Below, one piece after another: positions 32,402 to 42,499 of a stretch of 64,000 nt of DNA; the first letter of the stretch is position 1; the number at the start of each line of letters is the position of its first letter. Origin of the DNA: Desulfobacterales bacterium (GTDB taxonomy: Bacteria > Desulfobacterota > Desulfobacteria > Desulfobacterales > UBA5852); NCBI GenBank assembly GCA_963674755.2, contig CAXXVS010000003.1, positions 1,728,001 through 1,792,000 of the forward strand, given 5' to 3'. Below the pieces are notes generated by a model. The model had not been told where the DNA came from, did not search any database, and saw only the letters and a program-made list of their open reading frames with translations. The position numbers were made by a program, and so were the translations under genes.

Positions 32402-33343
32402 ATGGGATTATATGTTGTCAAACGAGTTTTGATGGCGATACCGGTCATGGCCATAGTGGCGGTGATCGTTTTTTCGTTGCTCTATCTGGTGCCGGGTGAT
32501 GCGGCCTCGATCATTGCCGGCAATTTCGCCAGCCCTGAAGACGTTGAGCGCATCCGGCTCCAGATGGGGCTGGACCAATCGTTTATGGTCCAATTCTACC
32601 AGTGGGTGACCGGCATGGCAGGCGGCGATCTGGGCAAATCGATTTTCTACGATATGCCGGTGACGACTTTGATGATGCAACGCCTGGGACCTACCCTTTC
32701 CCTGGCCTTCGGCACCATTTTGGTGGCGGTGATAATTGCCCTTCCCGCCGGTTGTATCTCGGCCGTCTATTCTGGACGTTTTGTAGACCGGGCCACCATG
32801 CTCTGCTCGGTACTCGGTTTTTCCATGCCGGTATTCGTGGTGGGCTACATTCTTATTTATCTATTTTCGTTCAAACTGCAATGGTTCCCGATCCAGGGAT
32901 ATGTGGCCGTGGCCGAAGGCTTCGGCCTGTGGCTTCGCAGCATCGCCTTGCCCTGCATGGCGCTGGGGCTGGTTTTTTCGGCACTGATTGCCAGGATTAC
33001 CCGGGCGACCGTGGTTGAAGTACTGGCCCAAGACTTTATCCGTACGGCTCATGCCAAAGGTTTATCCCCGGTGGTGATCATGATCCGCCATACGCTAAGG
33101 AACGCAGCGGTGCCGATAGTGACTGTGATTGGCGTCTCCTTTGTGATGCTGATCGGCGGGGTGGTGATCACCGAAAGCGTGTTCAACATTCCCGGCCTGG
33201 GCCGTCTGGTGGTGGATGCCATCACACAGCGGGATTTTCCCATCATTCGGGCCATGCTGCTTATTTTTTCAGGGGTCTATCTGCTGATCAATTTGATCAT
33301 CGATATCATCTATACCCTGATCGATCCCCGGATCCAGTATTGA
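32402..33343 (+). CDS. Peptide/nickel ABC permease (DppB-like)
   Basis: PGDAA, GDLGKS, DFIRTAHAKG, ESVFNIPGLG, DPRI. Confidence 0.92.
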   Translation: MGLYVVKRVLMAIPVMAIVAVIVFSLLYLVPGDAASIIAGNFASPEDVERIRLQMGLDQSFMVQFYQWVTGMAGGDLGKSIFYDMPVTTLMMQRLGPTLSLAFGTILVAVIIALPAGCISAVYSGRFVDRATMLCSVLGFSMPVFVVGYILIYLFSFKLQWFPIQGYVAVAEGFGLWLRSIALPCMALGLVFSALIARITRATVVEVLAQDFIRTAHAKGLSPVVIMIRHTLRNAAVPIVTVIGVSFVMLIGGVVITESVFNIPGLGRLVVDAITQRDFPIIRAMLLIFSGVYLLINLIIDIIYTLIDPRIQY

Positions 33344-33356
33344 CAGGGACGACGAT

Positions 33357-34229
33357 ATGAACAGCGTGATCAACCCATCCCATCTTAAACTCAGAATTCG
33401 GCGTCTTGCCGCCTTTCTGAGAGTCCAACCCCTGATCCTGATTTGTTCTTCGATGATCGCGGTGTTCATTATGGTGGCGCTTTTGTCCCCTTGGTTTACC
33501 CGTGACCCCATTATGGCAAATCCCCTGGTACGTCTGACCCCTCCCGGAACGGAATATTTTTTCGGTACCGACGGGCTGGGCCGAGATGTCTTTGCCCGTA
33601 CGGTGCAGGGGACGCGGGTATCACTAGTTGTGGGATTCGGCGTAACAATCCTGGCTACCTTAGCCGGGGTCGTCATCGGCATGCTCACCGGATATTTTCG
33701 TTTCGTGGATTTTTGGCTCATGCGGGTGATGGATGCCCTCATGGCCATTCCGGGGGTGCTAATGGCCATCGCTCTGATGACACTGTTTGGCGCTAGCATC
33801 ACCAACGTGATCATCGCCATTTCGATCCCGGAGATTCCAGGCATTGCCAGGCTTGTCCGATCCATCGTGCTGTCGCTCAGAGAGCAGGCATACGTCAAGG
33901 CTGCCGAATGCATCGGAACACGGCTGCATGGAATTATGCTGCGTCATATTCTCCCCAATATCGTGGCACCGCTCATCGTCCAAGCGAGCTATGTATTTGC
34001 CGGTGCGGTCATTTCAGAGGCCATACTGAGTTTCCTGGGGGCAGGCACACCGCCGGAGGTGGCCAGCTGGGGCAATATGGTGGCCGAAGGAAGGCTGATG
34101 TTCCTGGTGGCGCCCTGGGTGATCTTCTTCCCAAGTGCATTCCTGTCGGCCATGGTATTCATCATCAACATCCTGGGAGATGCCTTGCGCGACACACTGG
34201 ACCCAAGATTGGCCAAGGAGCTTGGATAG
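33357..34229 (+). CDS. Peptide/nickel ABC permease (DppC-like)
   Basis: FGTDGLGRD, RHILPN, LSFLG, GDALRD.LDP. Confidence 0.92.
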   Translation: MNSVINPSHLKLRIRRLAAFLRVQPLILICSSMIAVFIMVALLSPWFTRDPIMANPLVRLTPPGTEYFFGTDGLGRDVFARTVQGTRVSLVVGFGVTILATLAGVVIGMLTGYFRFVDFWLMRVMDALMAIPGVLMAIALMTLFGASITNVIIAISIPEIPGIARLVRSIVLSLREQAYVKAAECIGTRLHGIMLRHILPNIVAPLIVQASYVFAGAVISEAILSFLGAGTPPEVASWGNMVAEGRLMFLVAPWVIFFPSAFLSAMVFIINILGDALRDTLDPRLAKELG

Positions 34230-34259
34230 GTGCAGCCGCCACAGGGGGGAAAAAAGGAA

Positions 34260-35291
34260 ATGTCGGGCGACCCATCGGAAAGAGGGACGATTTTAGACAT
34301 CGATGGCCTGAAGGTGTCGTTTCGCTCCAAGGGCCGCATCGTTCATGCGGTCAACAATGTTTCATTCCGGTTGAGGAAAGGAGAAACCCTTTGTCTAGTG
34401 GGTGAATCCGGATGCGGTAAGAGCGTCACTGCTCTGTCCGTCATGGGCTTGTTACCCCGGCCCCCCGCAAGCTTTGACCACGGTCAAATCCTTTTCGAGG
34501 GACGCGATATCCTGTCACTGAGTGAAAAGGAGATGCGGGCGTTGCGGGGGGACCGGATGGCGATGATTTTTCAATCCCCCGCCACCAGTTTGAATCCCCT
34601 GCTCACCATCGGTCGTCAAATAACCGAGGGGTTGGAAAAGCATCAGCGTTTATCCCGACGTGAGGCGACCCGATCGGCGATGGATTTTCTGGCAAAGGTC
34701 CGTATCCCGGACCCCAAACGGGTGATGAATCAATTTCCCCACGAACTTTCCGGGGGTATGTGTCAACGCATCATGATCGCGGTGGCATTGTCATCGAGAC
34801 CCGATTTGTTGATCGCCGACGAACCGACCACAGCACTGGACGTCACCATTCAGGCCCAGATCCTCAGCATCCTTTCCGAAATGCAGACAGAATCGGGAAC
34901 CGCGTTGCTGATGATCACCCATGATCTGGGTGTTGTGGCCGAAATAGCCGATCGGGTTTCGGTGATGTACGCCGGCTCCATTGTCGAGGACGCACACGTC
35001 GAATCGCTTTTCACCCATCCGGCCCATCCCTATACCATCGGTTTGATGCGTTCCATGCCGCAGTTGCATACCGCGGGGGTAGATGGGGGGCAATCGCGCC
35101 GTCGGCTTGATGAGATACGGGGAGTGGTGCCGCATTTAAGCCGTATCCCTGCCGGTTGCCTGTTTGCACCCCGATGCCATTGGGCTGTCCATCGATGTCG
35201 TGAAGAAGCTCCCCCGCTGACCCGTGTGGGCGAGGATCATCGGGCGGCCTGCTGGGAAGCGAAAAAGGTCCAGGAGTCAATTTATGTCTAA
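34260..35291 (+). CDS. Peptide ABC ATP-binding protein (DppD-like)
   Basis: GESGCGKS, LSGGMCQR, ADEPTTALD, HPYT, C-terminal Cys cluster. Confidence 0.93.
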   Translation: MSGDPSERGTILDIDGLKVSFRSKGRIVHAVNNVSFRLRKGETLCLVGESGCGKSVTALSVMGLLPRPPASFDHGQILFEGRDILSLSEKEMRALRGDRMAMIFQSPATSLNPLLTIGRQITEGLEKHQRLSRREATRSAMDFLAKVRIPDPKRVMNQFPHELSGGMCQRIMIAVALSSRPDLLIADEPTTALDVTIQAQILSILSEMQTESGTALLMITHDLGVVAEIADRVSVMYAGSIVEDAHVESLFTHPAHPYTIGLMRSMPQLHTAGVDGGQSRRRLDEIRGVVPHLSRIPAGCLFAPRCHWAVHRCREEAPPLTRVGEDHRAACWEAKKVQESIYV

Positions 35292-36297
35292 TTCTTCCGA
35301 CTCGACCAAAAACCAGGCGAGCAAGCATCCGGTTCTGGAAGTGGCTGACTTGAAGAAGCACTATGTGCTGCGTAGCGGAATCGGGTGGTCGGCCAGGAAG
35401 AAGGTTTACGCCGTTGATGGCGTCTCCTTTTCAATCCGGGCCGGAGAGACGTTGGGGCTGGTGGGAGAAAGCGGATGCGGAAAATCCACGGTGGGCATGA
35501 GCCTGTTGATGCTGATTGAGCCGACCGGCGGTACAGTGAAATACAACGGTGTGGATATTACCCGCACCTCAAAGCAGGCACTGCGCCAGTATCGCCGACA
35601 CATGCAGATGGTTTTCCAGGATCCCTACAACTCGGTAAATCCGAGGATGACCATCGGGGATATTATCGCCGAGCCCCTGACTAACTTCAAGGCGGCCTCG
35701 AAGCGAAAGAGGCAGGCAAGGGTCCAGCGAATTATTCGCCGGGTCGGATTGAAGGAAGAACATATCGGGAAATTCCCCCACCAGATGTCCGGCGGCCAAC
35801 TGCAACGGGTGGGGATCGCCAGAGCCCTGGCGCTCAAGCCCGGATTGGTTGTCTGCGATGAGGTCGTTTCGGCCCTGGATGTATCCGTGCAGGCCCAAGT
35901 GCTCAACCTGTTGATGGACCTTCAAGACGAATACGGTTTTTCATATCTTTTCATCACGCATGATTTGTCGGTGGTCGAGCATATCAGCCATAGAATTGCG
36001 GTGATGTATCTGGGAAAAATCGTTGAACTGGCAGACAGACGCGCTCTTTTCGAAAATCCGTTGCATCCGTACACCCGGGCATTGCTGGACGCCGCCCCGG
36101 TGACAGACCCCAGGCACCGGAAAAAGCGGCTGCTGCTGTCCGGTGATGTGCCCAATCCGGTGAACCCACCCAAAGGGTGCCGTTTTCACACCCGTTGCCC
36201 CTTTGCGATAGAGCGTTGCCGTATCGAGGAACCTGTGCTGGAAAAAGCGGACACGGGTCATTTCAAAGCTTGTCATATTGACGATTTGCAACAATAG
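35284..36297 (+). CDS. Peptide ABC ATP-binding protein (DppF-like)
   Basis: GESGCGKST, MSGGQLQR, CDE.VSALD, GCRFHTRC. Confidence 0.93.
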   Translation: MSNSSDSTKNQASKHPVLEVADLKKHYVLRSGIGWSARKKVYAVDGVSFSIRAGETLGLVGESGCGKSTVGMSLLMLIEPTGGTVKYNGVDITRTSKQALRQYRRHMQMVFQDPYNSVNPRMTIGDIIAEPLTNFKAASKRKRQARVQRIIRRVGLKEEHIGKFPHQMSGGQLQRVGIARALALKPGLVVCDEVVSALDVSVQAQVLNLLMDLQDEYGFSYLFITHDLSVVEHISHRIAVMYLGKIVELADRRALFENPLHPYTRALLDAAPVTDPRHRKKRLLLSGDVPNPVNPPKGCRFHTRCPFAIERCRIEEPVLEKADTGHFKACHIDDLQQ

Positions 36298-36325
36298 CCA
36301 CAAACCTTAGGAAAAGGAGATTGGT

Positions 36326-37918
36326 ATGAGCAGAAGCACGTTGCGGTTTACAGCGTTATTGACGATGTTCGTTTTTTGCGGGCTGGCGGCTTTGGGTGCG
36401 TCGCCGGCAAATGCAGGAAAAACAATTAAATTCCGCCTGGCCGGAGATCTGAAAATCCTCGACCCCATCATCACCACTTCAGCGTATACCATCGGTCACG
36501 GTTACCTTGTTTACGACACGCTGTTTGCCATGAACAGCAAGTTCGAGCCCCAGCCGCAGATGGTCGACACCTGGTCTGTGAGCGATGACGGCCTGCGCTA
36601 CACCTTTACCCTGCGGAAGGGGATGAAATGGCACGACGGTACCGCCGTGACAGCCCGGGACGCGGTCGCTTCGTTGAAACGTTGGGGCCAGAAGGGCTCC
36701 GACGCAAAGGCCATGATGGGCCAGGTTCAATCCATTGAAGCCAAAAATGATCTTACCTTCGAGATGGTTTTCAAAGAGAAGTTTGGCCCGGTGCTTCTGA
36801 CGCTGGCCAACCCGGTGATCCCCGGATTCATAATGCGGGAAAAGGATGCCATGACCTCGCCGAACGAACCGGTAAAGGAGATTATCGGTTCCGGCCCCTT
36901 TATCTTTGCCAAGGATGAATGGATGCCCGGGCGGAAGATAGTCTACCATAAGTTCAAGGAATATGTTCCGAGGAAAGAACCGGCAGACGGCTATGCCGGT
37001 GGTAAAATCGCCAAAGTCGACACCGTCGAGACGGTCATTATTCCGGATACCAACACCGCCGTTCAGGCCCTGATCGCTGGGGAAATCGATGTAATGGAGT
37101 CGGTGCCCACCGACTTGGTGCCGTTGCTCAAAGCCTCCGGCAGCGTCGAGGTACGCGTGACCAACCCCCTGGGCTTCCTCGGACATCTTCGTATCAACTC
37201 GGTCAATCCTCCCTTCAACAACCCCAAGGCCCGGCAGGCCCTGCTCATGTCCATCGACCAGGACGCCTTTAACACCGCGGTGGTGGGCAATCATCCCGAA
37301 TACAAAAAAACCTGCTGGGCCGTGTTCGGCTGCGATTCGTTGTTTGAAACCGAAGTCGGGGCAGAGCCCTTCATCAACGGGTCCACGGAGAAGGCCAAGC
37401 AATTGATGAAAGAGGCGGGCTATGACGGTCGAAAAATCGTTATCCTAGATCCCACGGACTGGGATCAGGGGCATGCCTATGCCCTGCTCGCCGGTCAAGC
37501 GCTTCGCGGCATCGGCGTTCAGGTTGATGTTCAAGCCATGGACTGGAGCACCCTGAGCGAACGTCGTTCCAGCAAGAAATTGCCGGGTCCCGGGTCCCCG
37601 GGCTGGGATATATTCCCCACCTCATGGCCCACCATCACCATGTCGAACCCCATCACCAATCAGCCTCTGGAAACCTCTTGTGACAAAGCCTGGTATGGAT
37701 GGCCCTGCGACAAGGAAATCGAAAGACTGCGCGGCGAATTTGTGAAATCCGCGACCATCGAGGAGCAGAAAGAAGTGACCCGGGCACTTCAAAAGCGTTT
37801 CTATGAGATTGTTCCCTACGTGAATGCCGGCCAGTATGTAGAGGCCAACGCCTGGCGTAGCGAGTTGAAAGGGATGATTCCGTTCATGCAGCCGGTTTAC
37901 TGGAACGTCGACAAATAA
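36326..37918 (+). CDS. Peptide ABC substrate-binding protein (SBP family 5)
   Basis: Signal peptide; LDP, YDTLF, YTFTLR, WHDG, GSGPF, PPFNN..ARQA. Confidence 0.92.
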   Translation: MSRSTLRFTALLTMFVFCGLAALGASPANAGKTIKFRLAGDLKILDPIITTSAYTIGHGYLVYDTLFAMNSKFEPQPQMVDTWSVSDDGLRYTFTLRKGMKWHDGTAVTARDAVASLKRWGQKGSDAKAMMGQVQSIEAKNDLTFEMVFKEKFGPVLLTLANPVIPGFIMREKDAMTSPNEPVKEIIGSGPFIFAKDEWMPGRKIVYHKFKEYVPRKEPADGYAGGKIAKVDTVETVIIPDTNTAVQALIAGEIDVMESVPTDLVPLLKASGSVEVRVTNPLGFLGHLRINSVNPPFNNPKARQALLMSIDQDAFNTAVVGNHPEYKKTCWAVFGCDSLFETEVGAEPFINGSTEKAKQLMKEAGYDGRKIVILDPTDWDQGHAYALLAGQALRGIGVQVDVQAMDWSTLSERRSSKKLPGPGSPGWDIFPTSWPTITMSNPITNQPLETSCDKAWYGWPCDKEIERLRGEFVKSATIEEQKEVTRALQKRFYEIVPYVNAGQYVEANAWRSELKGMIPFMQPVYWNVDK

Positions 37919-38022
37919 ATTCCTCGGCGGTCAATGTCCACGTCGACGGCGGTTGGCGTGGACGCCCTGCCGGACCCGTTCATGCTGAAGATTAACGAAT
38001 CATTATTCAACGGGAAGATCAA

Positions 38023-39534
38023 ATGAAATTCGGGAAACGGCCGTTACGGATCGCTGTCGGGATGCTTCTGTTTGAAGGAAACAGCCAGTCCCCCGTGGTT
38101 ACCACCATTGATGACTTCAAACAAATCATGCTTGCCAAAGGGCCATCGGTGCTGGAAGTCGTCCATGGTACACAGACAGAGCTAGCTGGGGCCCTGGAAG
38201 TCTTTTCACTATTTGAGGTGACGCCCGTTCCTTTGATCGCTGCCAATGGCAATGCCGGAGGATTGGTGAGCCGGACGGCGTACGAGCAATTGCACGCCAT
38301 GTTGAGGGAAAGTCTCGCTTCGGCAGGGGATCTGGATGCTGTCTATTTAGCGTTGCATGGAGCTTTCATTACCGAAAATGAAAACGATGTCGACGGCGTC
38401 ATTCTGGAAGATGTCCGTGCCATCATAGGGGATACTCCGCTGGCCGTCAGTCTTGACCTCCATGCTAACATTACCAAAAAAATGGCGGCCAATGCCGATT
38501 TTTTCATCGGCTACCGTCACTACCCTCACGACGATGCTTTCGACACCGGGCGAAGGACGGCAGGGCTCTTGCTCCGTATGTTAAAAGGTGAGATTCGACC
38601 GGTGATGCGCGTATGCCGAACCCCGATGATCGTCGCTTGCCAGAACCAAAACACGAAGGGGAAGGCACCTCTGGCCGAAATCCATGCCATGGCCCGGGGT
38701 TTTGAATATGCCGGAACCATCCTGGCTGCCAGCTACTTTCCCGTTCAGCATGGTTTCGATTTTCCCGACATGAGCTACGCCACCGTGGTGGTCACCGACA
38801 ATAACCCGGAAACCGCTGACCAGATCGCCCGGTACTTGGCCAAGGCGGCATGGGAACGGCGACAGGCTTTTGATGTCGCCACGGTGCGCCCCGAGGAGGC
38901 TATTAAGCGCGGTTTGGCAATGGATGCTCAGCCGATTGTTCTTTCTGATGCTTCGGATACGGTAGGGGGAGGTGCTGCCGGTGACAGTGCCTACATGCTA
39001 AAGATGCTGCTCGAACATGCACCGAACGTTTCTGCCGCAATAGTGGTTGTGGACCCTGAAACAGCATCAATAGCACGATCGTTTGAAGTCGGAACAACCC
39101 TCAAGGTACACCTTGGAAACAAGCACAGCCCCATTTATGGCCCTCCTATAGAGGTTAACGCTATACTGACCCGATTTATCGAAGACGCCCGTTTTTCCTG
39201 TACCGGTGGTTGTTCGGAAGGCGTTGTTTCCGTGATGGGTGACACCGCCGTGTTACAGATCGGTGGCGTTACGGTCGTTGTCCCTTCTCTGCCCACTTAC
39301 GAATATGCCGATGAGCAGTTTCGCACAGTTGGACTGAACCTCGACAAATTTAAATTCATTGTGGTGAAAAATCCGATGAACTATCAACAGGCTTTCCATC
39401 ATGCTCCGGCATTGTTCGATTTGGACACCCCCGGCCCAACTACGTGCATGATCCGTTACCCCCAATGGAAGCATTTGGACCGGCCCATCTATCCCCTGGA
39501 TGATGATTTTGAACCCCGATTCGACACGTTCTAG
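38023..39534 (+). CDS. M81 (MlrC-like) metallopeptidase
   Basis: FEGN, LALHGA, DLHAN, YPHDD, DASD.VGGG..GD, RPIYPLD. Confidence 0.9.
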   Translation: MKFGKRPLRIAVGMLLFEGNSQSPVVTTIDDFKQIMLAKGPSVLEVVHGTQTELAGALEVFSLFEVTPVPLIAANGNAGGLVSRTAYEQLHAMLRESLASAGDLDAVYLALHGAFITENENDVDGVILEDVRAIIGDTPLAVSLDLHANITKKMAANADFFIGYRHYPHDDAFDTGRRTAGLLLRMLKGEIRPVMRVCRTPMIVACQNQNTKGKAPLAEIHAMARGFEYAGTILAASYFPVQHGFDFPDMSYATVVVTDNNPETADQIARYLAKAAWERRQAFDVATVRPEEAIKRGLAMDAQPIVLSDASDTVGGGAAGDSAYMLKMLLEHAPNVSAAIVVVDPETASIARSFEVGTTLKVHLGNKHSPIYGPPIEVNAILTRFIEDARFSCTGGCSEGVVSVMGDTAVLQIGGVTVVVPSLPTYEYADEQFRTVGLNLDKFKFIVVKNPMNYQQAFHHAPALFDLDTPGPTTCMIRYPQWKHLDRPIYPLDDDFEPRFDTF

Positions 39535-39674
39535 TATCGGGCTGATCTTGGGAGCCGGCCAGCGGCATTGAAAGAAACTGATTCCGGGGCCTGTCCGGAG
39601 GACCGATCTCCCGATGCTCGACCATTGCACCGGGCGCTGCCCCTTATTCGGCTAAAAAAGGAGATATCGTTGTC

Positions 39675-40748
39675 ATGGAAGCATGGATTGAACAACTCCA
39701 GGAAACCGTCAATACTTTGGAGAGACTACAGCAATATATCAATGTCAGCCCCGCTGAAGCATCGGCCATCGAGACCATGGATACCAAATGGGGGACCACA
39801 CCGTATTTTGCCTCTTTGATGGACCCGGACGATCCGGCATGCCCCATTCGCCGGCAGGTCATTCCCTCGGTAAAGGAGAGGGAAAACGTTTACGGCATGA
39901 AGGACTATCTGATCTGGAAGGAGAACCGTACCATAGAAGAGGCTCGTCCGGACAGCATCGCCCGGCAGTACCACGACCGGGTAGCTTTTACAGTCACCGA
40001 CATTTGTGCCAACTATTGCCGGCACTGCTTTCGCAAAGAGGTCGTGGTAGACCGGGACCTGAACCTGCGCATGGATGTGGATGAAGGTCTGAGGTGGATT
40101 TCAGAGCATCGGGAAATCAGAGATGTTTTGATTACCGGAGGGGATCCCTTTATCCTTGCCGACGACAAGATCGAATACCTGATCCGCAAACTCCGGGAGA
40201 TCGATCATTTGGAGATGATCCGCTTCGGCACGAGAACGCCCATCGTTCTGCCCCAGCGGATTACCCCCGGCTTGCAGAAGGTGCTAAGCGGTTTTCACCA
40301 CATCCCCATCTGGATCAACACCCAGTGCAACCACCCCAAGGAGATCACCGAAGCCACGGCCAAGGCGGTGTACGACCTGCTATGCTGTGGGATCAACGTA
40401 GGCAACCAGGCGGTACTACTTAAGGGGATCAATGACGATAAGGCTACTTTCCGGAGCCTGCACCAGAAATTATTATCCGTGCGTATCCGTCCGTACTATG
40501 TTTTCTATTGCGAGCCTGCACCAGGCATCGACCACTTCCGCACTCCGGTAGAAAAAGGAGCCGAGTTGATTCGTGATGCCTTGAGAGGGCACACTACCGG
40601 TTTAACCCAGCCGATGTATGTTATCGCCACAAATATCGGAAAGATCCCTTTGATGCCGGACTATTATATTAAGGGCAAAAATACAAAAGAATACACCCTG
40701 ATTAACTACCAGGGCAAAACAACAACGATACCGAACATTCCTGAGTGA
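39675..40748 (+). CDS. KamA-family radical-SAM/PLP 2,3-aminomutase
   Basis: TPYF, CPIRRQ, CANYCRHC (CxxxCxxC), TGGDP, RFGTR, NHPKE, NQAVLLKGIND, PYY, GKIP. Confidence 0.9.
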   Translation: MEAWIEQLQETVNTLERLQQYINVSPAEASAIETMDTKWGTTPYFASLMDPDDPACPIRRQVIPSVKERENVYGMKDYLIWKENRTIEEARPDSIARQYHDRVAFTVTDICANYCRHCFRKEVVVDRDLNLRMDVDEGLRWISEHREIRDVLITGGDPFILADDKIEYLIRKLREIDHLEMIRFGTRTPIVLPQRITPGLQKVLSGFHHIPIWINTQCNHPKEITEATAKAVYDLLCCGINVGNQAVLLKGINDDKATFRSLHQKLLSVRIRPYYVFYCEPAPGIDHFRTPVEKGAELIRDALRGHTTGLTQPMYVIATNIGKIPLMPDYYIKGKNTKEYTLINYQGKTTTIPNIPE

Positions 40749-40839
40749 AGTCATCGATGAATTACTCAACCACCCAGGGCGATCCACTTTCGGTTGAGAG
40801 AGATAGGCCGCTAAATTAACAGCCTATCTCAGATCGTTG

Positions 40840-40879
40840 ACAAACCCCGTCTTATTGGAGGCGGGGTTTGTTATTTTTT
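40840..40879 (+). terminator. Rho-independent terminator ending the island operon
   Basis: acaaaccccgtc-ttattgga-ggcggggtttgt followed by a T-run. Confidence 0.75.
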
Positions 40880-41470
40880 GGCCCATTGCCTTACTTGAGG
40901 ACATGGTTTCTGGGACACAGGTAACAGTCAAAATGGGTAATGAGACCGTGGGAAGCGGGTGAGGGGCAAGTGCCTACTTGCCGTGTCTTGAATTGGCCTT
41001 AAAGGTTGGTTAAAGTTGGCGAATGCTATCGAGTTGGCTGCAACCGGAAGACAACCCGGAGCCGAGAAATGGCGTTGAGCGAGGGGATACTCTTGGTATT
41101 GACGGCTCAGAGATCACATGTGCCTTCTGGTATCGGTGGAACCGAAATACATTTCAATTTGAGATGCCATGATGATGTTTGGTCCATCTTTGGGAGCAAT
41201 CCGACCGCCTTTGTAAACAAAAAGGGGGACTATCGTATGTTGGGGTGGATCTTTGCGGTTTGAGCGTTATCTAAACCTGCCATAGGCAGCCGCTATCTGC
41301 ATTGGCTCTTGTGACAGATTTGTTATAGTAAACAGAAAGAGAACCGGTCAGAATCATATTTTCGATGGGCAAGGTCACCTCGATATTGGTCGGCCCCCTG
41401 TGCTTAGCACACTGTCCGGTCCTTAAGGTCCACCGCCACCGAAGCCCGACCAAGCAGGAAAGGAAAATGA

Positions 41471-42028
41471 ATGAACTCAAGAAGCAAGGCAGCGATTCCG
41501 GCAACAAAAGAGTGCTACGAAATTCTTGAAGAAACAGGCACGCTCCAACACATCAAGGAACACTCAGAAACAGTCACCTGCGTAGCCAGAGAAATTGCGG
41601 AACGCATGAACCAATCCGGAAAAAAAGTTGATGTTGACCTCATAGTCGCGGCGGCGCTGCTCCACGACGCGACGAAAACCAGAAGCCTGAAGACTGGCGA
41701 AGACCACGCAGAGACAGGAGCAGAGCTGTTACGTCAAAAAGGGTACTTTGAGATCAGCGAAATCGTTCGGCAACACGTACGCCTCGACTGCGAGCCAAGC
41801 AACGGAAAAATCACCGAAGCCGAAATCGTGAACTACGCAGACAAGCGCGTCATCAACAAAGACGTGGTAGGCCTACAAGAAAGGCGGGAATACATATTCA
41901 GGCGATATGCCGGGCATTACATAGACGCCACCGAACTAGAAAAGATTTGGGACGACACAGAAAAAATAGAGAAAAAAATCTTTGCGGAGATGCCTTACGG
42001 ACCGGAGAAGCTCGCAGAGAAAATTTGA
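41471..42028 (+). CDS. HD-domain metal-dependent phosphohydrolase, copy 1
   Basis: EHS..V, AALLHDATK, HAETGA, RQHV, NYADKR. Confidence 0.88.
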   Translation: MNSRSKAAIPATKECYEILEETGTLQHIKEHSETVTCVAREIAERMNQSGKKVDVDLIVAAALLHDATKTRSLKTGEDHAETGAELLRQKGYFEISEIVRQHVRLDCEPSNGKITEAEIVNYADKRVINKDVVGLQERREYIFRRYAGHYIDATELEKIWDDTEKIEKKIFAEMPYGPEKLAEKI

Positions 42029-42319
42029 TTCATAAACCGGAATTGAACCCGGAAGAAATCCAGATTTACGTCCCAGGAACCGCGGCCGGTTTTTCATAAA
42101 TGGCTATTAGGTTTCGCATGGACGCCTCCGTTAACCGGACACACCGGATTCTGCAAATCGCCCAAACGTCGTCATCGAAAAGAAAAAATGCATAAGACCG
42201 CATAAAACAAGCTGCTGCTGATATCGTTTCTTTGAAGTCTGACAGCGGCGGCCTCGATCGCATCAAAAGCGTTGATCTTGTTTTTCGGTGATACGGTGTT
42301 ATATTATCCAATAACATTT

Positions 42320-42371
42320 GGGGATGGAGTCCCCCCTGTTAACCGCCCGGGCTGGGCTGATGACTCCTACC
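42320..42371 (+). ncRNA. Fluoride riboswitch (crcB motif), copy 1
   Basis: GGGGATGGAGTCCCC...TAACCGCCC...GGGCTGATGACTCCTAC; P1 gggga/tcccc, P2 gccc/gggc and pseudoknot ggagt/actcc match the crcB-motif consensus. Confidence 0.9.
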
Positions 42372-42499
42372 GGCAGTCATGATCGGTGGGATTATTCTGG
42401 AGAGGCCCGCAGGCGGTTTTCTTATGCCTAAATGCGCTAGTGGCCTCTTTGGATGCAAGCATTCCACATGAATGCTTAAACGACAACAGGGAGGTAACA

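Larger units (their letters stand above)
24560..40880 (+). other. Lower-GC genomic island with amino-acid/peptide uptake and modification genes (boundaries approximate)
   Basis: Abrupt shift to AT-rich sequence after ~24.55 kb; 14 co-oriented genes; no integrase or att site seen. Confidence 0.7.

Noticed and set aside
41006..41263. 85-aa ORF between the terminator and the HD gene
   Set aside because: TTG start, no motif and no convincing coding signal
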